The notes under the pieces: model-generated
What the model was told of the DNA's origin: nothing
The model's database searches: none
What the model saw: the letters and a program-made list of their open reading frames with translations, nothing else
Made by a program: the position numbers and the translations under genes
Part shown: positions 1 through 9,327 of the stretch, one piece after another
Layout of the letters: every line of letters starts with the position of its first letter
Numbering within the stretch: the first letter of the stretch is position 1
DNA from: Dehalococcoidia bacterium
GTDB taxonomy: Bacteria; Chloroflexota; Dehalococcoidia; UBA2979
Assembly (NCBI GenBank): GCA_965204835.1
Contig: OZ242017.1
Span: 290,336-354,335, forward strand
Direction: 5' to 3'
DNA: 64,000 nucleotides

Positions 1-1
1 G

Positions 2-130
2 CTGACGAACGTGCAGGCGCTGCAGATCAGCGCCGCCGGCCTGCTGATCGTGGTGGGCGTGGTGATCGATACGATGCGGCAACTGGAAGCGCAGATGATG
101 ATGCGCAACTACGAAGGGTTCATCGCCTGA
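2..130 (+). CDS. secY: Preprotein translocase SecY, C-terminal fragment (gene runs off the 5-prime window edge)
   Basis: Open frame from position 2 ending ...GLLIVVGVVIDTMRQLEAQMMMRNYEGFIA. TGA 128-130 overlaps the adk ATG (TGATG). Tail sequence and position upstream of adk-map-infA fit SecY. Confidence 0.75.
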   Translation: MTNVQALQISAAGLLIVVGVVIDTMRQLEAQMMMRNYEGFIA

Positions 131-693
131 TGCGACTCGTGATCCTCGGACTGATCGGCGCCGGCAAGGGCACGCAGGCCAAGCTCTGCGCCGAGCAGCA
201 CAACATCCTCCACCTCTCGACCGGCGACATGCTGCGCGAGGCCGTCGCGGCCGGCACCGACCTGGGCAACCAGGCCAACGAGTACATGACCTCCGGCCAG
301 CTCGTCCCCGACGAGCTGGTGATCGACATGCTGCTCGAGCGCATCCGTCAGCCGGACGCCGAGGGCGGGTTCATCCTCGACGGCTTCCCGCGCACGGTCG
401 CGCAGGCCGAGGCGCTGGAGACGGCGCTCACGGAGGCCTCCTCGGCGATCGACACGGTGCCGTTCATCCGCGTGCCGGAGGAGATGCTGCTGGAGCGCAT
501 CGCGCGCCGCGCCGAGATCGAGGGCCGCGCCGACGACACGCCGGAGGTGGCGCAGCGCCGCCTCCGCGAGCAGTCCGAGGGCATCGAGGGCGTCGCGAGC
601 TTCTACGCGGGCCGCGGCAAGCTGCAGGACGTCGATGGCGTCGGCAGCGTCGAGGAAGTGAACGCGCGGCTGGAGGCCGCGCTGGCAGGCTAG
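130..693 (+). CDS. adk: Adenylate kinase (short LID, no Cys4 zinc knuckle)
   Basis: 187 aa with P-loop GLIGAGKGTQ, GDMLR and FILDGFPRT motifs. Canonical position after secY. Confidence 0.95.
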   Translation: MRLVILGLIGAGKGTQAKLCAEQHNILHLSTGDMLREAVAAGTDLGNQANEYMTSGQLVPDELVIDMLLERIRQPDAEGGFILDGFPRTVAQAEALETALTEASSAIDTVPFIRVPEEMLLERIARRAEIEGRADDTPEVAQRRLREQSEGIEGVASFYAGRGKLQDVDGVGSVEEVNARLEAALAG

Positions 694-734
694 GCCGGCC
701 GCGTGCCGGGTGGATAGCGAAGGCGTAACATAGA

Positions 735-1535
735 TTGACGTCCGTCGAGATCAAGTCAGCCGACGAGATCGCGATCATGCGCGAGGCCGGGCGCCGCAAC
801 GCCGAGGTGCGCCAGGTGCTCCTCGACGCCATCGCGCCGGGCGTGACGGGCAAGGAGCTGGACGAGCTGGCGAAGGCCGAGATCGCAAAGCGCGACGCCG
901 AGCCGACGTTCATGGGGTACGCGCCGGGCGGCAGACCGCCCTACCCGGGCGCGATCTGCTACTCCGTGAACGCGCAGCTCGTGCATGGGCTTCCCGGCGA
1001 CCTGGCGCTCGAAGAGGGAGACATCGTCAGTGTCGACCTCGGCGTGACGTGGGGCGGCTACGTCTCGGATGCGGCGTTCACCGTTGCGGTGGGCGAGGTG
1101 TCCCCGGAGGTCGCGGAGTTGCTGCGGACGACGGAGGCCTCGCTGCTTGCCGGTATCGAGCAGGCGCGGGCCGGGAAGTACCTCGGAGACATCTCCCACG
1201 CGATCGGCGCGGTGGGGGAGCAGGCCGGGTACGGTATCGTCCGCGAGTACGGCGGGCACGGCGTGGGGCGGGAGATGCACCAGCCCCCGCACGTTCCCAA
1301 CTTCGGCCGGCCCGGCGTCGGGTACCGGCTGAAGGCCGGGATGGTGCTGGCGCTCGAGCCCATGTTCGCGCTGGGCGGCGAGCGCACCATAGAGGAGGAA
1401 GACCGCTGGACGGTGAGCATGCTTGACGGCAGCCTGTGCGCCCACTTCGAGGAGACGGTGGCGATTACCGACGGCGCCCCCGAGGTGCTGACGAGCATCG
1501 CCCAGCTGTGCTCGCGAGCGGAGGCGACGGCCTGA
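735..1535 (+). CDS. map: Methionine aminopeptidase type I
   Basis: 266 aa, TTG start. MetAP signatures [32 protein letters not shown]. Confidence 0.93.
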   Translation: MTSVEIKSADEIAIMREAGRRNAEVRQVLLDAIAPGVTGKELDELAKAEIAKRDAEPTFMGYAPGGRPPYPGAICYSVNAQLVHGLPGDLALEEGDIVSVDLGVTWGGYVSDAAFTVAVGEVSPEVAELLRTTEASLLAGIEQARAGKYLGDISHAIGAVGEQAGYGIVREYGGHGVGREMHQPPHVPNFGRPGVGYRLKAGMVLALEPMFALGGERTIEEEDRWTVSMLDGSLCAHFEETVAITDGAPEVLTSIAQLCSRAEATA

Positions 1536-1786
1536 TGCCGCAACGCAAGGAGAAGCAACGCCAGCAACAAAAGAAGAAAGAGGTCATCGAGGTGGAGGGC
1601 GTCGTCCGCGACGCGCTTCCCAACGCACAGTTCGACGTGGAGTTGCCCAACGGCCACCACGTCCTGGCGCACGTCTCGGGGAAGATGAAGGTGCACTACA
1701 TCCGCATCCTCCTCGGCGACCGCGTGCTGGTGGAGCTGAGCCCGTACGACCTGACGCGGGGACGGATCACGTACCGCTTCCGCTAG
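1535..1786 (+). CDS. infA: Translation initiation factor IF-1 with a short K/Q-rich N-terminal extension
   Basis: ATG 1535 overlaps the map stop (TGATG). S1-like core [67 protein letters not shown]. The track ORF 1436-1786 has a spurious upstream extension. Confidence 0.9.
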   Translation: MPQRKEKQRQQQKKKEVIEVEGVVRDALPNAQFDVELPNGHHVLAHVSGKMKVHYIRILLGDRVLVELSPYDLTRGRITYRFR

Positions 1787-1808
1787 GCGCGGACGGACGG
1801 AGCAGGCG

Positions 1809-1922
1809 ATGAAGGTACGAGCCTCGGTGAAGAAGCGGTGTGACCGCTGTCAGATCATCCGGCGTCACGGCCGGCTGCGCGTGATCTGCGTGATCCCGCG
1901 CCACCGCCAGCGCCAGGGCTAA
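1809..1922 (+). CDS. rpmJ: 50S ribosomal protein L36 (C3H zinc type)
   Basis: 37-aa [40 protein letters not shown], below the track length cutoff. Read directly from sequence; canonical position between infA and rpsM. Confidence 0.9.
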   Translation: MKVRASVKKRCDRCQIIRRHGRLRVICVIPRHRQRQG

Positions 1923-1949
1923 CGGCAGAGAGCACGAGGAGGACAGACG

Positions 1950-2333
1950 ATGGCACGAGTAGCCGGCGTCGACATCCCCAACGACAAGCGCCTGGAGTTC
2001 TCGCTGCCGTACGTGTACGGCATCGGCCGGTCGCGCGCGAAGCAGATCGCGGAGCAGACCAACATCCCGCTCGACAAGATGGTCGGCGAACTCACCGAGG
2101 ACGAGCTCGTGCGCCTGCGCGCGGTCGTCGAGGGTGACTACACGGTCGAGGGTGACCTGCGGCGCGACGTGCGGCAGAACATCCAGCGGCTGATCGAGAT
2201 CAACTGCTACCGGGGCTTCCGCCATCGTCGCGGGCTCCCCGTGCGGGGCCAGCGCACGCGCACCAACGCGCGCACGCGCCGAGGCTCGAAGCGCACCGTC
2301 GCCGGCAAGCGGCGCGTGGCGCGCAAGAAGTAA
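1950..2333 (+). CDS. rpsM: 30S ribosomal protein S13
   Basis: 127 aa, [14 protein letters not shown]...NARTRRG, typical S13. Confidence 0.96.
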   Translation: MARVAGVDIPNDKRLEFSLPYVYGIGRSRAKQIAEQTNIPLDKMVGELTEDELVRLRAVVEGDYTVEGDLRRDVRQNIQRLIEINCYRGFRHRRGLPVRGQRTRTNARTRRGSKRTVAGKRRVARKK

Positions 2334-2348
2334 GGGAGCACGCGACAT

Positions 2349-2732
2349 ATGGGAGGCCGGCGCGGACGGCGACGCGAACGCAAATCGATCCCGCGGGGGC
2401 GGGCGTACATCCGCTCGACGTTCAACAACACCCTGATCACCATGACGGACCCCAACGGGAACGTCGTGGCGTGGGGATCGGGCGGCACGGCGGGATTCCG
2501 TGGTTCGCGCAAGAGCACGCCGTATGCGGCGCAGCTCGCGGCCGAGGGCGCCGCGCAACAGGCGATCGAGAACGGCATGCGCGAGATCGAGGTCTACGTC
2601 CGCGGGCCGGGCGCCGGCCGCGAGGCCGCCGTGCGCGCGCTGCAGGCCACCGGCCTGCGTGTCTCCTCGATCCGCGACACCACGCCGATCCCGCACAACG
2701 GCTGCCGCCAGCGGCGCCGGCCGCGGACGTAG
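2349..2732 (+). CDS. rpsK: 30S ribosomal protein S11
   Basis: 127 aa, ...[20 protein letters not shown]...TPIPHNGCR, typical S11. Confidence 0.96.
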   Translation: MGGRRGRRRERKSIPRGRAYIRSTFNNTLITMTDPNGNVVAWGSGGTAGFRGSRKSTPYAAQLAAEGAAQQAIENGMREIEVYVRGPGAGREAAVRALQATGLRVSSIRDTTPIPHNGCRQRRRPRT

Positions 2733-2746
2733 GGGCAGGGAGCACG

Positions 2747-3355
2747 ATGGCTCGATACACCGGCCCCCGGGTCAAGAAGGCACGACGCTACGGCGCGCCG
2801 ATCTTCGCCAACGCGGCGGTGCTGCGCATGCGGCGGCAGGGCCCGCCCGGCGCGCGCCCCGCACGGCGGCGCAAGATCTCCGACCGCGGCCTCCAGCTCA
2901 TCGAGAAGCAGAAGGTGCGCTTCGCCTACGGGCTGATGGAGAAGCAGTTCCGGCGCTACTACGAGCGCGCTGCCTCGCGCCCCGGCGTGACCGGCGACAA
3001 CCTCATGGCCTCGCTCGAGCGACGCCTCGACAACGTCGTGTACCGCATGGGCTTCGGGGGCACGCGGGCGCAGGCGCGCCAGCTCGTCACCCACGGCCTG
3101 ATCGCCGTCAACGGCAAGAAGCTCGATGTGCCCAGCGCGGAGACCTCGATCGGTGACCGCGTGGGCTTCTCCGACCGCGGGAAGCGGTCGAAGTACATCG
3201 ACATCGTCAAGGAAGACATCCAGGGGCGCGAGGTGCCCGGCTGGATCGAGGTCGACCGCGAGGCCCTGGAGGGCCGCGTGTCGGGCGCTCCCGGCACGGG
3301 CGACATCGAGCCGTACTTCAACCCCAGCGCCATCGTCGAGTACTACTCACGCTGA
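2747..3355 (+). CDS. rpsD: 30S ribosomal protein S4
   Basis: ATG at 2747 inside track ORF 2471-3355. MARYTGPRVKKARRYG...LERRLDNVVYRMGF...AIVEYYSR. Confidence 0.95.
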   Translation: MARYTGPRVKKARRYGAPIFANAAVLRMRRQGPPGARPARRRKISDRGLQLIEKQKVRFAYGLMEKQFRRYYERAASRPGVTGDNLMASLERRLDNVVYRMGFGGTRAQARQLVTHGLIAVNGKKLDVPSAETSIGDRVGFSDRGKRSKYIDIVKEDIQGREVPGWIEVDREALEGRVSGAPGTGDIEPYFNPSAIVEYYSR

Positions 3356-3376
3356 GCGATAGCTGAGCAAAGCAAG

Positions 3377-3406
3377 GGCGGCCGTACCCCCGGGGGACGG
3401 GCCGCC
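3377..3406 (+). promoter_or_regulatory. GC-rich imperfect hairpin between rpsD and rpoA (possible attenuator or processing site)
   Basis: GGCGGCCGTACCCCCGGGGGACGGGCCGCC is nearly self-complementary. No U-tract follows. Confidence 0.35.
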
Positions 3407-3429
3407 ACGACCACGCAGCGAGGTGTTCA

Positions 3430-4542
3430 TTGGCTGCTGAACTGCAGAGCCCTGAGCTTCGGATCGAGGAGCAGGACTCCGACTACGTGAAGCTGGTGAT
3501 GGAGCCGCTCGAGGCCGGCTTCGGCACCACCGTCGGCAACGCGCTGCGGCGCGTGCTGCTGTCGTCCCTGCCGGGGGCGGCGATCACGTCCGTACGCATC
3601 GAGGGCGTCGACCATGAGTTCTCGACCATCGACCACATGCAGGAGGACGTGACCGAGCTGCTGCTGAACCTCAAGGAGGTGCGCCTGCGCTCCTTCGCGG
3701 ACCGGCCCGCGCGGCTGTTCCTGGAGGCCAGCGGCGAGACCGAGGTCCGCGCCGGCGACGTCCGCGCCACCGCGGACTACGAGGTCGTCAACCCGGACCT
3801 GCACGTCGCGACGCTCGACAACCCGGAGGCGTCGCTCGTCGTCGACCTGAACGTCGAGACGGGCCGCGGGTACACCCCGGCGGCGATGGCCGAGGGCCTG
3901 CCGATCGGCGTCATCCCGATCGACGCGCTCTTCACGCCGGTGCGGCGCGTCAACTACAACGTCTCGCACACCCGCGTCGGGCAGGACACGAACTTCGACC
4001 GACTCGAGCTCGAGGTGTGGACGGACGGCACCCTCACCGGCGAGCAGGCCATCTCGATGGCCGCGGACATCCTCCGCGACCAGCTGCAGCCGCTGCAGCT
4101 GCTGGGCCGCGTCGAGCCGGAGCCGGAGCGCGCCGCGACGGAAGCCGCGCGCCCCTTCGACGGCTACGAGACGCCCATCGAGGAGCTGGAGCTCTCCGTG
4201 CGCGCCTACAACTGCCTCAAGCGCTCCGGGCTGACCACCGTCGGCGCGATCCTCGAGCGCTCCGAGGAGGAGCTGCTGGCGCTGCGCAACTTCGGGGAGA
4301 AGTCCTACGAGGAGCTGCGCGACAAGCTGGCCGAGCACGGCTTCCCGGCCCCGCGCGGCGACGCGCGACGCCCGGCGGAGACCGCCCCCGTGGCCGAGCC
4401 GGTCGCGGCCGGCGCCGCGGTGACCAGCGAGGCGCCCGCGGCCGAGGACGACGAGGACGGGGTGGGCTCGCTGGGCGCGGCGCTGATACAGGCGTTGCGC
4501 GAGGCCGGCGAGGACCCCGCGGACCTCGTCGAGACCGAGTAG
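3430..4542 (+). CDS. rpoA: DNA-directed RNA polymerase subunit alpha with acidic C-terminal tail
   Basis: 370 aa, TTG start. NTD ...GTTVGNALRRVLLSSLPGAAITSVRIEGV.HEF. CTD ...LELSVRAYNCLKRSGLTTVGAILERSEEELLALRNFGEKSYEEL. Confidence 0.95.
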   Translation: MAAELQSPELRIEEQDSDYVKLVMEPLEAGFGTTVGNALRRVLLSSLPGAAITSVRIEGVDHEFSTIDHMQEDVTELLLNLKEVRLRSFADRPARLFLEASGETEVRAGDVRATADYEVVNPDLHVATLDNPEASLVVDLNVETGRGYTPAAMAEGLPIGVIPIDALFTPVRRVNYNVSHTRVGQDTNFDRLELEVWTDGTLTGEQAISMAADILRDQLQPLQLLGRVEPEPERAATEAARPFDGYETPIEELELSVRAYNCLKRSGLTTVGAILERSEEELLALRNFGEKSYEELRDKLAEHGFPAPRGDARRPAETAPVAEPVAAGAAVTSEAPAAEDDEDGVGSLGAALIQALREAGEDPADLVETE

Positions 4543-4574
4543 CGGCCGGGTACGGCAGGGACGGGTAGCGAGTC

Positions 4575-4925
4575 ATGCGCCACAAGGTCGACGGCCGAAA
4601 GTTCGATATGCCCACCGCGCAGCGGATGGCGATGATGCGCAATCTCACCACCGACGTGCTGCGCTACGGCTCCGTGCAGACCACCGAGGCGCGCGCCAAG
4701 GAGGCGCGCCGCTTCGTCGACCGCATGGTCACGCTCGGCAAGCGCGGGACGCTGCACGCACGCCGCCAGGCGCTCGCGTTCATCTACGACCCGAAGGTGG
4801 TGCAGCGGCTCTTCGACGAGCTCGCGCCGCAGTACGCCAACCGCCCGGGCGGGTACACGCGCGTCCAGAAGCTGGGCCAGCGCAAGGGCGACGGCTCGCG
4901 CATGGCGAAGCTGGAGTTGGTGTAG
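4575..4925 (+). CDS. rplQ: 50S ribosomal protein L17
   Basis: 116 aa, MRHKVDGRKF.MPTAQRMAMMRNL...GGYTRV.KL..RKGDG..MA.LEL. Confidence 0.95.
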   Translation: MRHKVDGRKFDMPTAQRMAMMRNLTTDVLRYGSVQTTEARAKEARRFVDRMVTLGKRGTLHARRQALAFIYDPKVVQRLFDELAPQYANRPGGYTRVQKLGQRKGDGSRMAKLELV

Positions 4926-4931
4926 GCGCCC

Positions 4932-5753
4932 GTGGACACCCTGCGACGCGTTGCACTGCTCGTCGAGTACGACGGGACGGAGTTCTCCGGCTCGCAGTTG
5001 CAGCCGGGCCGGCGCACCGTGCAGGGCGCCATCGAGGACGCCGTCTACGCCTACGACGCCGAGCCGGACGCTGAGCCGCGCCGGGCCGCCCTCGCCGGGC
5101 GCACCGACGCCGGCGTCCACGCGCGCGGGCAGGTCGCGGCCATCGACCTCAACCGTCGCGACGACCTCGCGACCGTGCGCGACGCGGTCAACCACTACCT
5201 GCCCGACGACGTGGCGGTGATCGCCGCGGCCGACGTCGATGAGTCGTTCGACCCGCGTCGCTGCGCCACGTCGCGCTGCTACCGCTACCGCATCGAGGAC
5301 GGCAGGCCGCGCTCGCCGCTGAGCCGCCGCGACCGCTGGCAGGTCCGCAAGCGCCTCGACGACGGCGCGATGGCGGAGGCCGCCGGGATGCTGCCGCGCG
5401 AGGAGCGGGACTGGTCGGCCTTCGCGAGCCCCCTCGAGGAGGGCCGCTCGCCGATGCGCACGCTGCTGCACCTGTCGGTGGAGCGCACGGGCGCGCACAC
5501 GATCGAGATCACGATGGAGGCGGACGCCTTCCTGCCCCACCAGGTGCGACGCACCGCGGGCGCGCTCGAGCGCGTCGGCGCTGGCGCAAGCACGCCGCGG
5601 GCGTTCGCCGCGCTGGTGGAGGGCGAGGTGGCGAGCGTGGGCCCCACTGCGCCGCCGCAGGGGCTGACGCTGGAGGCCGTGCGCTACGCGCCGGGCCTCC
5701 CCGCATGGGACTGCAACGACACGGCGCCGGGCGGCGCGGGAGGTCCGAGGTGA
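4932..5753 (+). CDS. truA: tRNA pseudouridine(38-40) synthase
   Basis: 273 aa, GTG start. ...LLVEYDGTEFSGSQLQPGRRTVQG...GRTDAGVHARGQV (catalytic Asp motif). Confidence 0.9.
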   Translation: MDTLRRVALLVEYDGTEFSGSQLQPGRRTVQGAIEDAVYAYDAEPDAEPRRAALAGRTDAGVHARGQVAAIDLNRRDDLATVRDAVNHYLPDDVAVIAAADVDESFDPRRCATSRCYRYRIEDGRPRSPLSRRDRWQVRKRLDDGAMAEAAGMLPREERDWSAFASPLEEGRSPMRTLLHLSVERTGAHTIEITMEADAFLPHQVRRTAGALERVGAGASTPRAFAALVEGEVASVGPTAPPQGLTLEAVRYAPGLPAWDCNDTAPGGAGGPR

Positions 5754-6508
5754 CGACGAAGACGTACCGGCTGCGCGCGTCCGACATCGAGCGCAAGTGG
5801 CACGTGCTGGACGCGAGCGGGCGGCCCCTCGGCCGTATCGCAAGCGAGGCCGCGCACCTGCTGCTCGGCAAGCACAAGCCGACCTACGAGCCGCACCTGG
5901 CGATGGGTGACCACGTGATCGTGGTCAACGCCGCCGAGGTGATCGTGACCGGCAACAAGGCGAGCCAGAAGACCTACTACCGGCACTCGGGCTACCCGGG
6001 CAACCTCCGCAAGCGCACGTTCGAGCAGCAGATGGAGCGCGACCCGCGCAAGGTCATCGAGACGGCGGTGCGCGGGATGCTCCCGCACAACGTGCGCGGC
6101 CGCGAGTTGTTCCGCCACCTCAAGGTCTACAACGGCGCCGATCACCCGCACGAGGCGCAGGTCAACGCCGGCACGGGCGCGCGCGCCCGCCGCCGCGCGG
6201 CCGCGGCCGCGCGCGCCGCCGCCGCCGCCGAGGCCGCACCGGTCGACGACGAGCCCGTGGTCGAGGAGCCTGCCGTCGAAGAGCCGGCGGCCGAGGCCCC
6301 CGTCGAAGCGGTCGAGGCCGTCGAGGAGGCTGCGAGCGAGGCCGTGGCGGAGCGGCTGACCGGCTCGCTCTCACGCCACCGCCGCGACGAGCTGGACGCC
6401 GAGGCCGAGCGCCTCGGCATCACCATCGAGGACGGGTGGCGCAAGGGCGACGTGGTCGACGCCATCTCCGCGCACTACGATGCGAACCCGCTGGACGAGG
6501 AAGAGTAG
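5750..6508 (+). CDS. rplM: 50S ribosomal protein L13 fused to an Ala/Glu/Pro-rich linker and a C-terminal HeH/Rho_N-like module
   Basis: GTG 5750 overlaps the truA stop (GTGA). L13 core TYRLRASDIERKWHVLDASGRPLGRIAS.AA..L.GKHKPTYEPH...LKVY.G..HPH. About 110 extra C-terminal residues follow. Confidence 0.88.
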   Translation: MTTKTYRLRASDIERKWHVLDASGRPLGRIASEAAHLLLGKHKPTYEPHLAMGDHVIVVNAAEVIVTGNKASQKTYYRHSGYPGNLRKRTFEQQMERDPRKVIETAVRGMLPHNVRGRELFRHLKVYNGADHPHEAQVNAGTGARARRRAAAAARAAAAAEAAPVDDEPVVEEPAVEEPAAEAPVEAVEAVEEAASEAVAERLTGSLSRHRRDELDAEAERLGITIEDGWRKGDVVDAISAHYDANPLDEEE

Positions 6509-6511
6509 ACG

Positions 6512-6913
6512 ATGACGACCGACGCGCAGCACTACTACTACGGGCTCGGCAGGCGCAAGGCGGCGATCGCGCGCGTGCGGCTCTACCCCGGCAACGGCGC
6601 GGTGGTCGTGAACGGCCGGCCGCTGGAGGACGTGATCTTCCGGGCGTCGCAGCGCCAGGACATGATGCTCCCGCTCTCCGTCACCGAGACGACGGGGCGC
6701 TTCAACGTACAGGCGATGGTGAAGGGCGGCGGCGTGACCGGGTGGACCGGCGCGCTCCGTCTCGGCATCGCGCGCGCCCTCGTCGCGGCCGACGAGGGGT
6801 ACCGCCGGACGCTGCGGCAGCACGGGCTGCTGACGCGGGACGCGCGGGTGAAGGAGCGCAAGAAGCCGGGCCTGAAGCGTGCCCGCAAGGCCCCGCAGTT
6901 CACCAAGCGCTAG
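6512..6913 (+). CDS. rpsI: 30S ribosomal protein S9
   Basis: 133 aa, ...YYGLGRRK.AIARV.L.PG.G...VNG...GGG..G...A...GIARAL...RD.R.KERKK.GL.RARKAPQFTKR. Confidence 0.96.
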   Translation: MTTDAQHYYYGLGRRKAAIARVRLYPGNGAVVVNGRPLEDVIFRASQRQDMMLPLSVTETTGRFNVQAMVKGGGVTGWTGALRLGIARALVAADEGYRRTLRQHGLLTRDARVKERKKPGLKRARKAPQFTKR

Positions 6914-6957
6914 CGACGAGCCTGGCCCCCTCGCGCGCATTGTGAGGCCTCCGCATC

Positions 6958-7785
6958 ATGGCGCCGGCGCACATCGAGGTGATTGTCCGCCGGGGCGCCG
7001 GCGCCGCCGCCCGCCCGCCGTTGTTGTTCGTACACGGCACGGGGCATGGCGCGTGGGCATGGGATGTGCACTTCCTCGAGTTCTTCGCGGCGCACGGCTT
7101 TGATGCGTACGCGCTGAGCCTGCGCGGTCACGGGGAGAGCGCGGGCCGTGAGCGACTGTCCCGCGCCTCGATCGCCGACTATGCGAGCGATGTCCACGAC
7201 GTGGCCGCGGACCTGCCGGGCGTCCCCGTGGTGGTGGGACACTCCCTCGGCTCGCGGGTCGTGATGAAGTACCTCGAGACGCACGACGCGCCGGCCGCGG
7301 CGCTGCTCGCGCCGTTGCCCCGCTTCGGCCTGTTGCTCTCGGCCGCGCGCGCGGCCCGGGATCACCCGTGGCTGGCGATGCGGGCGCTGGTGGCCGGGAA
7401 GCCCGGGCGGCTGCTCGGAGCGCCGGAGCTCACGCGGAAGCTCAACTTCTCACCCGAACTGGACGAGGAGCTGATGCGCGAATACGCGAGCCGCCAGGGG
7501 CCGGAGTCCACGCGCGCGCTGGCGCAGCTCACCTACGTGCAGCCGGACCGCGCACGCATCCGGGAGCGCGCCGTGCCGCTGCTGGTGATCGGCGCGAGCG
7601 ACGACTACTTCGTGCGGCCCGGCGCGGTCCGGCGCATCGCGGCGTCGTACGGCGCCGAGCTGAAGATCGTCCCCGGCGTCGCGCACTGCATGATCCTCGA
7701 CGCCCGCTGGCGCGACGTCGCCGTGCCGCTGCTGGAGTGGCTGGCGCGGCTACCCGGTCTGAGCCCGGCGGAAGACGCCCCGTAG
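6958..7785 (+). CDS. Alpha/beta hydrolase fold protein
   Basis: 275 aa. LLFVHGTGHGAW oxyanion region, nucleophile elbow VVGHSLGS, C-terminal ...VPGVAHCM (His). Confidence 0.75.
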   Translation: MAPAHIEVIVRRGAGAAARPPLLFVHGTGHGAWAWDVHFLEFFAAHGFDAYALSLRGHGESAGRERLSRASIADYASDVHDVAADLPGVPVVVGHSLGSRVVMKYLETHDAPAAALLAPLPRFGLLLSAARAARDHPWLAMRALVAGKPGRLLGAPELTRKLNFSPELDEELMREYASRQGPESTRALAQLTYVQPDRARIRERAVPLLVIGASDDYFVRPGAVRRIAASYGAELKIVPGVAHCMILDARWRDVAVPLLEWLARLPGLSPAEDAP

Positions 7786-7827
7786 CAAAGAGTCCCGACG
7801 TGGCCGCGCGGGCCCCGGAAATACGCA

Positions 7828-7845
7828 AAGCCCCCGAAGGGGCTT
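7828..7845. terminator. Hairpin between convergent genes (candidate bidirectional terminator)
   Basis: AAGCCCC-CGAA-GGGGCTT, a perfect 7-bp stem in the gap between the hydrolase (+) and phosphomannomutase (-). Weak U/A tracts. Confidence 0.45.
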
Positions 7846-7908
7846 CGCACCCGGCCCGCGAACCGACCGGGGGAGTGCCTGTAGTTTGCGACGCGGAGCG
7901 GCGCGCAG

Positions 7909-9327
7909 TCAATTGATGCCCGCGATCTCCTGCCCCTCGCGCAGCGCGGCCCGCACCAACTCCATCGACGGCATCTCCGCGTAGATCCGGAGCAGCGGCT
8001 CCGTGCCGCTGAACCGCAGCAGCAGCCACCACCCGCCCTCCAGCGTGAAGCGGTAGCCGTCGAGCGTGTCCTTCGAGGTGACCGCGAGGCCCGCGACCGT
8101 GGAGGGCTCGGCGGCGGCGACGCGGGCGGCGATGGCGTCGCGGTCCTCGGCGCGGAGCGCGATGTCGACGCGGTCGTACTCGTGGCGGCCCACCTCGTCG
8201 TACAGCTCGGCGAGGAGCTGCGAGGGCGGCTTGCCGCTGCGCACGACGCAGTCGAGGAGCAGCAGCCCGGACAGGATGCCGTCGCGCTCGGGAATGTGGC
8301 CGCGCAGCGCGTAGCCGCCCGACTCCTCGCCCGCCACGAGCGCGTCCTCCTCGAGCATCCTCGGGCCGAGGAACTTGAAGCCCACCGCCGTCTCGTGGAC
8401 CGGGCAGCCGAAGCGCTCGCCGAGGCGGTCGATCATCCGCGTCGAGGTGATCGAGCGCACGATCGCGCCCCGCTCGCCGCGCACCTCCAGCAGGTAGCGC
8501 ACGAGCAGCGCGAATGCCTGGTGCTGGTTGAGGAACGCGCCCCGCTCATCGACGAGGCCGAGGCGGTCGCCGTCGCCGTCCGTCGCGAGGCCGATGTCGT
8601 ACCCCTCGCGCGCGACGAGGTCGAGCAAGGGTTCGAGGTTGCGCGCGATGGGCTCGGGCGCGTCCATGCCGGGGAACGCCGGGTCCGGGTCGCCGCGCAG
8701 TTCGTGGACCGTCGTGGCGCCGTCGCCGAGGACGCGCGCCGTGAGGCCGCCCGCCGCCCCGTGCATCGAGTCCACCGCGACGCGGAGGCCCGCCTCCCGG
8801 ATGCGCTCGACGTCCACGAAGGCGCGCAGCGCGTCGACGTAGGCGGGGCGCGGGTCGAAGCGCTCGATGAGCGGTGTGGCGTCGTGCGCCACGGAGCGGA
8901 CGGAGCCGCCCGCGAGGACGGCGGGGATGGCTGCCTCGATCTCCGAGGTGACCTCGGGCGGGGCGGAGTTGCCGACGGCCTGCTTCACCTTGAAGCCGTT
9001 CCACTCCGCCGGGTTGTGGCTGGAGGTGATGACCACGCCCGCCCCCGCGCCGCGCTCGCGCACGGCGTGCGAGATGGCCGGCGTCGGCGCGGCCGCCGAG
9101 GCGAGCCCGACGGCGATGCCGTTGCCCGCGAGCACCTCGGCGACGGCCAGCGCGAATGCGTCGGACTGTGTGCGCGTGTCGTAGCCCACGACGGCGCCCC
9201 GGCCCGCGAGGCCGGCGCGCTGCATCCACTGCGCCGTGGCCTGCGCGACCGCGCGGACGTTGTCGAACGTGAAGTCCTCGCCGATGACCGCGCGCCAGCC
9301 GTCGGTGCCGAAGCGGATCTCGGCCAT
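7909..9327 (-). CDS. Phosphomannomutase/phosphoglucomutase
   Basis: 472 aa from ATG 9327 (MAEIRFGTDGWRA...). Active-site Ser loop VITSSHNPAEWNGFK and Mg loop ATDGDGDR. The upstream 184 aa of track ORF 7909-9879 is a shadow extension over the neighbouring gene. Confidence 0.9.
   Translation of the reverse strand: MAEIRFGTDGWRAVIGEDFTFDNVRAVAQATAQWMQRAGLAGRGAVVGYDTRTQSDAFALAVAEVLAGNGIAVGLASAAAPTPAISHAVRERGAGAGVVITSSHNPAEWNGFKVKQAVGNSAPPEVTSEIEAAIPAVLAGGSVRSVAHDATPLIERFDPRPAYVDALRAFVDVERIREAGLRVAVDSMHGAAGGLTARVLGDGATTVHELRGDPDPAFPGMDAPEPIARNLEPLLDLVAREGYDIGLATDGDGDRLGLVDERGAFLNQHQAFALLVRYLLEVRGERGAIVRSITSTRMIDRLGERFGCPVHETAVGFKFLGPRMLEEDALVAGEESGGYALRGHIPERDGILSGLLLLDCVVRSGKPPSQLLAELYDEVGRHEYDRVDIALRAEDRDAIAARVAAAEPSTVAGLAVTSKDTLDGYRFTLEGGWWLLLRFSGTEPLLRIYAEMPSMELVRAALREGQEIAGIN

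Noticed and set aside
4305-5843. 512-aa minus-strand ORF
   Set aside because: It lies antisense to rplQ and truA, which are canonical on the plus strand.
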